DNA of 64,000 nt, taken from Pelagomonas calceolata. Its lineage: Eukaryota. How positions within the stretch are numbered: the stretch's first letter is position 1; each line of letters starts with the position of its first letter. Shown one piece after another: positions 59,080-64,000 of the stretch. The stretch lies in the NCBI GenBank assembly GCA_918797485.1, contig CAKKNE010000003.1, positions 372,001-436,000 of the forward strand, in the 5' to 3' direction. The translations under genes were made by a program, and so were the position numbers. The notes beneath the pieces are model-generated. The model ran no database searches, was not told the DNA's origin, and saw only the letters and a list, made by a program, of their open reading frames with translations.

Positions 59080-59251
59080 TCTTAGCCTAGATCTGCTTCA
59101 AATCGCGTTGAAATACAGGATCGTCTGAGCAAAAACCCGTGCCCCGTCTTAGCGAGGAGCGGCTAGGGGGGCGCGCGACGTAAGAAACCCGAAGCAAAAA
59201 TTGCACAAACGGGGAAAGTTACTCGGAGGAGGGAGGGCAAAAGAGCGCGAC

Positions 59252-61247
59252 CTAGGCCGCCACGGCCACGTCCTCGCCGTCGCCGTACAGCCCGTCGATG
59301 TCGAGCTGGTGCGCGGCCAACACCGCCGCCCGCTTCACCGAGAGCTTGGGAGTGACCATACCTCTCGCCGCATTGAACCCCTCCGAAACCACGCCAACCC
59401 GTTCCGGCTTCTCGAAGGACTTGAATTTGGAACCATGATACTCAACTTCAGCTTCCATGAGGTGCACGATCTCCGTCCTGTGGTTCTCCAGCAGCTCTTC
59501 GATCTTCGCTCTAGGTTCAAACGTGAACGGCGCCGGCATCGTCACACCTTCCACCCCAAATTTGTTCGCCACGTTCACCCAGTCGGGCGCCACCAAACAA
59601 ACGTTGTGCTCCTTGTTCTCGCCGTACACAAAGGCCTGGGCGATGAAGCGCGATCTTGCGAGCGTATCTTCGAGCGGTGCCGGCGCCACGTACTTCCCGT
59701 TGGCCAGTTTATACAGCTCCTTGACCCGTCCTACTACTCTGACATGTCCGTCGGCCTCCATGACGCACCGGTCGCCCGTCTTGAACCATATCTCATTATT
59801 ATCTTCGTAGAGGACTTCACTCGTTTCCTCCGGCCGCTTCCAGTAGCCCCGCATCACGCCTGGTCCTGAAGCTACCAATTCGCCCGGCTCGCCGTTCGGG
59901 ACTTCGTTATTATCAGGATCAATGCATTTTAATTGCACACCTTTGAGAGCCTTGCCTATCGATCCCGGGAGTAGGTTCTTCGGGTCGAAGGGCTGCTCCT
60001 TTGCTAGTACTGGTGACGTTTCTGTCAAGCCATACCCAGAGGTCATCGGGATGCCGATGGCCTCGATGAACTCTCTGACCGACGGCGAGACGGCCGCGCC
60101 GCCGTTCCCGCAGAACTTGACCTCTCCACCTAAAGCTCCGCGCACCTTCTTCAGGATGAGCGCGTCGAGGATCGAATGTTGGATCTTCTCGACGAAGGAA
60201 GGACCCGGTAGTGATGAATCGTACCGGCGCTTCGCCTGGGCACTACCTAACGCGATGGCCTTGTCCGCTAGAGCCTTCTTGCCGTCGGACATGCCTCTCC
60301 TATTCGCCCGGAAGCCGTCGTAGATCTTGTTGTAGAGCGCGGGGACCTGCGTGATTGTTGTGTGACGCGTCGATGGCGTCAACGAAAGTATAAAGGACGC
60401 CGCTTCATGCGGCAAACAACACGTCCGGCTTGGCCTCTTTCGCTTCGTCGAGGAATTGCGTCGGATCGGAACAGAGCGCGACCTCGTGGCCGCCCGCGAG
60501 CATGCCGTGCAGTTCGAGGGTCTGGCCGTAGATGTGCGCCCATGGGAGCACCGCGAGCGACCGGACGGGAGTTTTCAGGCACCCGACGCTGACCAACTCG
60601 TCGACCATGCCGTCGCGCATGGTCAGGGCGTTCCACACTAGATTACTATGAGTCAATTCGACCCCTTTGGGTCTTCCGGTAGTTCCAGAGGTGTAGATCA
60701 ACGCCGCGGCGTCGTCCGGTCGGCAAGGATCTAGCGCGAGATCAGATCCACTTCCCTCGTTAATCAGAGCTTCCAACCCCCCGTCCTCGAAGCAGACCAC
60801 ATCTATATCCGTGACTTGACGCGCGGCCTCCGCTAATTCTGAAGTAGACACAAATAGCAACTTCGCGCCGGAGTCCTCGAGGATGTGCTTCCACTCCGCG
60901 GGCTTCTGCTGTTCATACAAGGGCACGTGGGCCGCGCCGACGGCGTAGGCGCCGTACATCGTACAAGCGAGGTTTTCGCGGTTCTTCGAGACACAAGCTA
61001 CTCTATCTCCTCTTCCGATAGACTTCTGGGCGAGGGCCCGCCCCAGATTCTGGGCCCGCTCGTTGCGTTCGGCGTAGGACGTCCAGGTCCACTCGCCTGA
61101 TGACGCGTCCTTGGCGCCTAAGCTCTTTTGATCGGCGTAGACGTCGCCGGCCGCTACTCCTAGCTCGTGGAGCGTGGCGACGCTCGTCGCTGGGATGGCT
61201 GTGCTGGAGAAGGCTCGCGCCGTGTTACGGGCCGTGTGGCGCAGCAT
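59252..61247 (-). CDS. Long-chain acyl-CoA synthetase (AMP-binding), probably mitochondrial; exons 61247-60411 and 60346-59252
   Basis: YTSGTTGRPKGV, LPWAHIYG, LFA|VPALY, GYGLTETSP, WFKTGD, GRVKELYKLANGKYVAP, TPKLSVKR; Arg/Ala presequence. Confidence 0.93.
60347..60410 (-). mobile_element. 64-nt GC-AG Introner-like intron
   Basis: GCATGAAG CGGCGT...GACGCCATCGACGCG...ACGCAG; removal restores LFAVPALY. Confidence 0.65.
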
Positions 61248-61766
61248 TTTTGCTCCTCAGTCTGCACTCAGAGCACTTTATTTATGATTATCAGTCCAGA
61301 GCACGCGGCTTTCGCTGGCTCACGTCTCACGGCTGGCGAGGTTGCTTTCCGAAGCTCAGATCTCTTATGCGTGCCCACACTGTGCTGTACAAGGGCTCTT
61401 TACCGATTCTGGGGAGCTGCTAACTTTTAGAAGCAGGCCCCCCATCGCCAGCGGTACGCCTCCAAGCAGCCGTCGGGAGTCATTCTGAGTCGTACTGCGG
61501 GCCGCAAAATGGCGCAAGGGCGCGCAACAAAGAAAGTGCGGGTTTCAGCCCCGTCCCGCGGCCGGATCCCGTCGCGGCCCCGCCGTCCGGCTAGCTGTAT
61601 CATCAGAGTAGGCTATCGTGAGGGGGCGCATACAAGGTCCGCTCAAGCTCCAGGACCCCGCTGAGCGCCCGAAGGAGCGCGGCCCTACGGCGTGAATCCC
61701 GACGTCGACGTCACCCGGTCCCAGGGCAAAGAATAAACACATCACTTATGTCAAGAGGGAGTCGGA

Positions 61767-62933
61767 TCAGGAGGCCTCGCGCCGGCGCAGCATCAAATAA
61801 GCAACAAAAAACGCGACGACGGCGACCAGGAGCACCAACGCGGCGCGCTCCGGCTCGACGGGGCCGACGGCGGGCTCCCAGACCCAGGAGACTGGAGTGG
61901 AGACGAGCTCGATCGCGTCGCCCTCATCATCGGATGCCGCCTGATAATTGACGCCCGGCGCGCCCCAGCCGCCGACGTCGGCAAAAGTGCACGAACTCTC
62001 GATCATCGAGTCGTCGACGCCCCGCAGCACCCGCCCGAAGCCGGCCTCGCCCCAGTACTCGCCCCACGAGTTGCGGATCTCCCAGAACTCCGTGCCTTCA
62101 TGTACGCCCCAGCCGACGACTTCGACCACATGATCCGTGTCGTTCGCGCCGCGGCCGTTCGGCGGGTTCGCCTCGGCAATACCAGAAGTGTAGGTGAGTA
62201 GGGGCTCCGCGTCCAGGTTGCACGTCACGGGCCCGGCGCGCACGATTTCCCGTTGAATAGCTTCGGAGGCGGCCTTGGCGCCTACTTCATTCGACCCGGG
62301 CAGCTTGCCGTGCTCTGCCACCACTATGCGCGGGTACGGCGACGTCGCGCAAACGCCGCCGTTGTCGCAGGCGTGCTCATCCGACGCATCGCCGGGCACG
62401 GCCCAGCACGCGTGCTCTCCATCATGAGTAGGCATGCAGTTGCGGCAGATCGTGTCGCCACGACACCCGAGGCCGTCCTCGGCCTGGTAGGGGAAGCACG
62501 TCGCCGAGGGGTAGCCGCCAAAATTCTTGGCCCACGCGTAGGCGGACGTCGCCGAGCCGCCCTCGTGGCAGTTGCCGGCCTTGCCCCAGCCAGAATCTTC
62601 GCCGCCGCAGTTCAGCAGAACTTGCACGGCGACTAGTAGATCGGGCCCTGGATACGCGTCGTCCTTGACGCGCGCCCGAGCAATTTTTGTTCTATCTTGC
62701 AACGCGTGCGCGGTCCCAAAGGCGAAGCAGGCGCCGCAGTATTTGGGCACGTGCTGGTTCCACGACGGCGCCAGGAGACCGTGGTCGCGCCACGAGAAGC
62801 TTTTGGGGAGCTTTGTCGTTTTTGCGTCCGGTGGGGTCGTCGTGGCGGCCAAATCTTCGTGGGCGCGGACGTTCGCGAGGCGCGCTTGTGCCGTCGCGAG
62901 GAGTGCGAGGAGCAGCATTTGGGTGGCGCGCAT
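61767..62933 (-). CDS. Cathepsin X/Z-like cysteine protease (C1A) with C-terminal TM anchor
   Basis: Signal peptide; LPKSFSWR, NQHVPKYCGACFAFG, DHVVEVVGWG, RNSWGEYWGE; hydrophobic tail followed by RRR. Confidence 0.9.
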   Translation of the reverse strand: MRATQMLLLALLATAQARLANVRAHEDLAATTTPPDAKTTKLPKSFSWRDHGLLAPSWNQHVPKYCGACFAFGTAHALQDRTKIARARVKDDAYPGPDLLVAVQVLLNCGGEDSGWGKAGNCHEGGSATSAYAWAKNFGGYPSATCFPYQAEDGLGCRGDTICRNCMPTHDGEHACWAVPGDASDEHACDNGGVCATSPYPRIVVAEHGKLPGSNEVGAKAASEAIQREIVRAGPVTCNLDAEPLLTYTSGIAEANPPNGRGANDTDHVVEVVGWGVHEGTEFWEIRNSWGEYWGEAGFGRVLRGVDDSMIESSCTFADVGGWGAPGVNYQAASDDEGDAIELVSTPVSWVWEPAVGPVEPERAALVLLVAVVAFFVAYLMLRRREAS

Positions 62934-63074
62934 GCTTCCTGGTGTATAGGTGCCTTGCAGCCTCGATTTCTGCAGCGAGCGCGGCGACGGCGTAAGCGTG
63001 GACGTATGCTTGCTTCACGTAGGCGCTGGTTGCGTCTCAGGGCCGGTCTCACTCCTTTTGTGCTAGCCACTAAA

Positions 63075-63099
63075 GCTAGCGGCCTTTAAAGACACTAGA
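63075..63099 (+). promoter_or_regulatory. Conserved upstream motif, copy 13
   Basis: GCTAGCGGCCTTTAAAGACACTAGA between divergent genes. Confidence 0.62.
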
Positions 63100-63158
63100 A
63101 AGCTATCAATTAACTCAACCACGCGCGCGACCCTCATACCGCCCCAAACCAGACCAAA

Positions 63159-64000
63159 ATGATCCTCACAACATGCCCCGCCTGCGCCAAGCCACTGGCC
63201 CACGACGCGCCGCGTTGCGTTAGATGTAAGTTGAGGTACTGCAACAAAACTTGCCAGCACGACCACTGGCGCCGCGGCCACAAGCAAATGTGTAAGAAAA
63301 TACACCGCGGCGGCAACGCGGAACAGTATAATGCAGACAAAAAATACAAGGAGGCCGTCGCGGTCGCGGTCGAGGCGTGCGCGGCCGACACAAAGGGGCA
63401 GAAATGCTACATCTGCACGCAAGCCGTCCACTGGAAGACAAAGGAGGGCCTCGTGCGCGGGTGCGCGTGCCGCGGGACGGCGGGCTTCGCTCATGTGTCG
63501 TGCTTAGCGGAGCAGGCGAAGATTGTGGTCGCGGAGGCGGAGGAGAATAATTTGGATGGCGAGCGATGGTCTTCGAGGTGGAACCAGTGGTTTGCATGTA
63601 GCATGTGCAAGCAGAACTACCACGGCGTCGTGCGGTGTGCGCTCGGGTGGGCGTGCTGGAAGACGTACGTGGGGCGGCCGGAGGAAGACCGACTTCGGCG
63701 CTTGGCGATGGGCGTGCTTGGGACCGGTTTATCCCTTGCGAATCGCCCAGAGGAAGAATTGTCTGTGAAAGAGGCCGAGTTGGCTATGGTGCGGCGCCTT
63801 GGCGCATCAGAAGAAGAATTGCTCGCCACGCAGGGCAACCTTGCAAATACGTATGCATTTCTGGGACGGTTTGAGCAGGCCCTAGATATGAACCAAGAAT
63901 CTTACTTGGGATATTTGAAGCTCCATGGGGAGGAAAACGTATATACCCTCCGGGCGGCCAATAACCTTGCGGACGTTCTTTTATCTCTACAGCGCTTCGA
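63159..64000 (+). CDS. MYND zinc finger + RINGv-like + TPR protein; 3' end runs off the window
   Basis: Absent from the ORF track; hand translation from ATG 63159: CPAC..CVRC..YCNKTCQHDHW..HKQMC; CYIC..GCACRG..AHVSCL..CSMC; QGNLANTY..LGRFEQAL, TLRAANNLA. Confidence 0.88.
   Translation, partial: MILTTCPACAKPLAHDAPRCVRCKLRYCNKTCQHDHWRRGHKQMCKKIHRGGNAEQYNADKKYKEAVAVAVEACAADTKGQKCYICTQAVHWKTKEGLVRGCACRGTAGFAHVSCLAEQAKIVVAEAEENNLDGERWSSRWNQWFACSMCKQNYHGVVRCALGWACWKTYVGRPEEDRLRRLAMGVLGTGLSLANRPEEELSVKEAELAMVRRLGASEEELLATQGNLANTYAFLGRFEQALDMNQESYLGYLKLHGEENVYTLRAANNLADVLLSLQRF

Noticed and set aside
60405..60407. In-frame TGA in the acyl-CoA synthetase as selenocysteine or pseudogene lesion
   Set aside because: It lies inside a 64-nt GC-AG intron whose removal restores LFAVPALY.
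1..64000. tRNA, rRNA, snRNA, transposase or reverse transcriptase genes
   Set aside because: None recognised by eye; small RNAs cannot be excluded without tRNAscan-SE or Infernal.

Overview
This is eukaryotic nuclear DNA: GC-rich, gene-dense, with short spliceosomal introns. Bipartite ASAF-type plastid-targeting peptides, Introner-like introns and MYND-RINGv-TPR and AP2 genes point to a pelagophyte alga such as Pelagomonas (inference only). I support about 32 protein-coding genes and 13 inferred introns; no rRNA, tRNA or CRISPR was seen. Housekeeping genes include ERD2, AIP1/WDR1, proteasome alpha-3, plastid thioredoxin, mitochondrial HCF101-like, acyl-CoA synthetase, GH27 alpha-galactosidase and cathepsin X. 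Most interesting: (1) a receptor-like gene (35454-37466) joining an extracellular C-type lectin domain, about 6 TM helices and a cytosolic RelA/SpoT-type nucleotidyltransferase domain, bracketed by a duplicated upstream sequence; (2) a ~24-bp motif (GCTAGCGGCNTGTAAGACACTAGC) found 13 times, always just upstream of start codons; (3) short introns with terminal inverted repeats, a shared CGCCATCGACGC core and frequent GC donors, several complementary to the downstream exon; (4) tandem RING-Tudor paralogs with shuffled domain order and divergent C-terminal tips; (5) unusual fusions (Sec14-TM-EXPERA, HAD-HIT, TFIIIC-like TPR with chromatin modules) and a possibly ER-luminal ADP-ribosylglycohydrolase. 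All domain calls are from motif recognition by eye; no searches were run.
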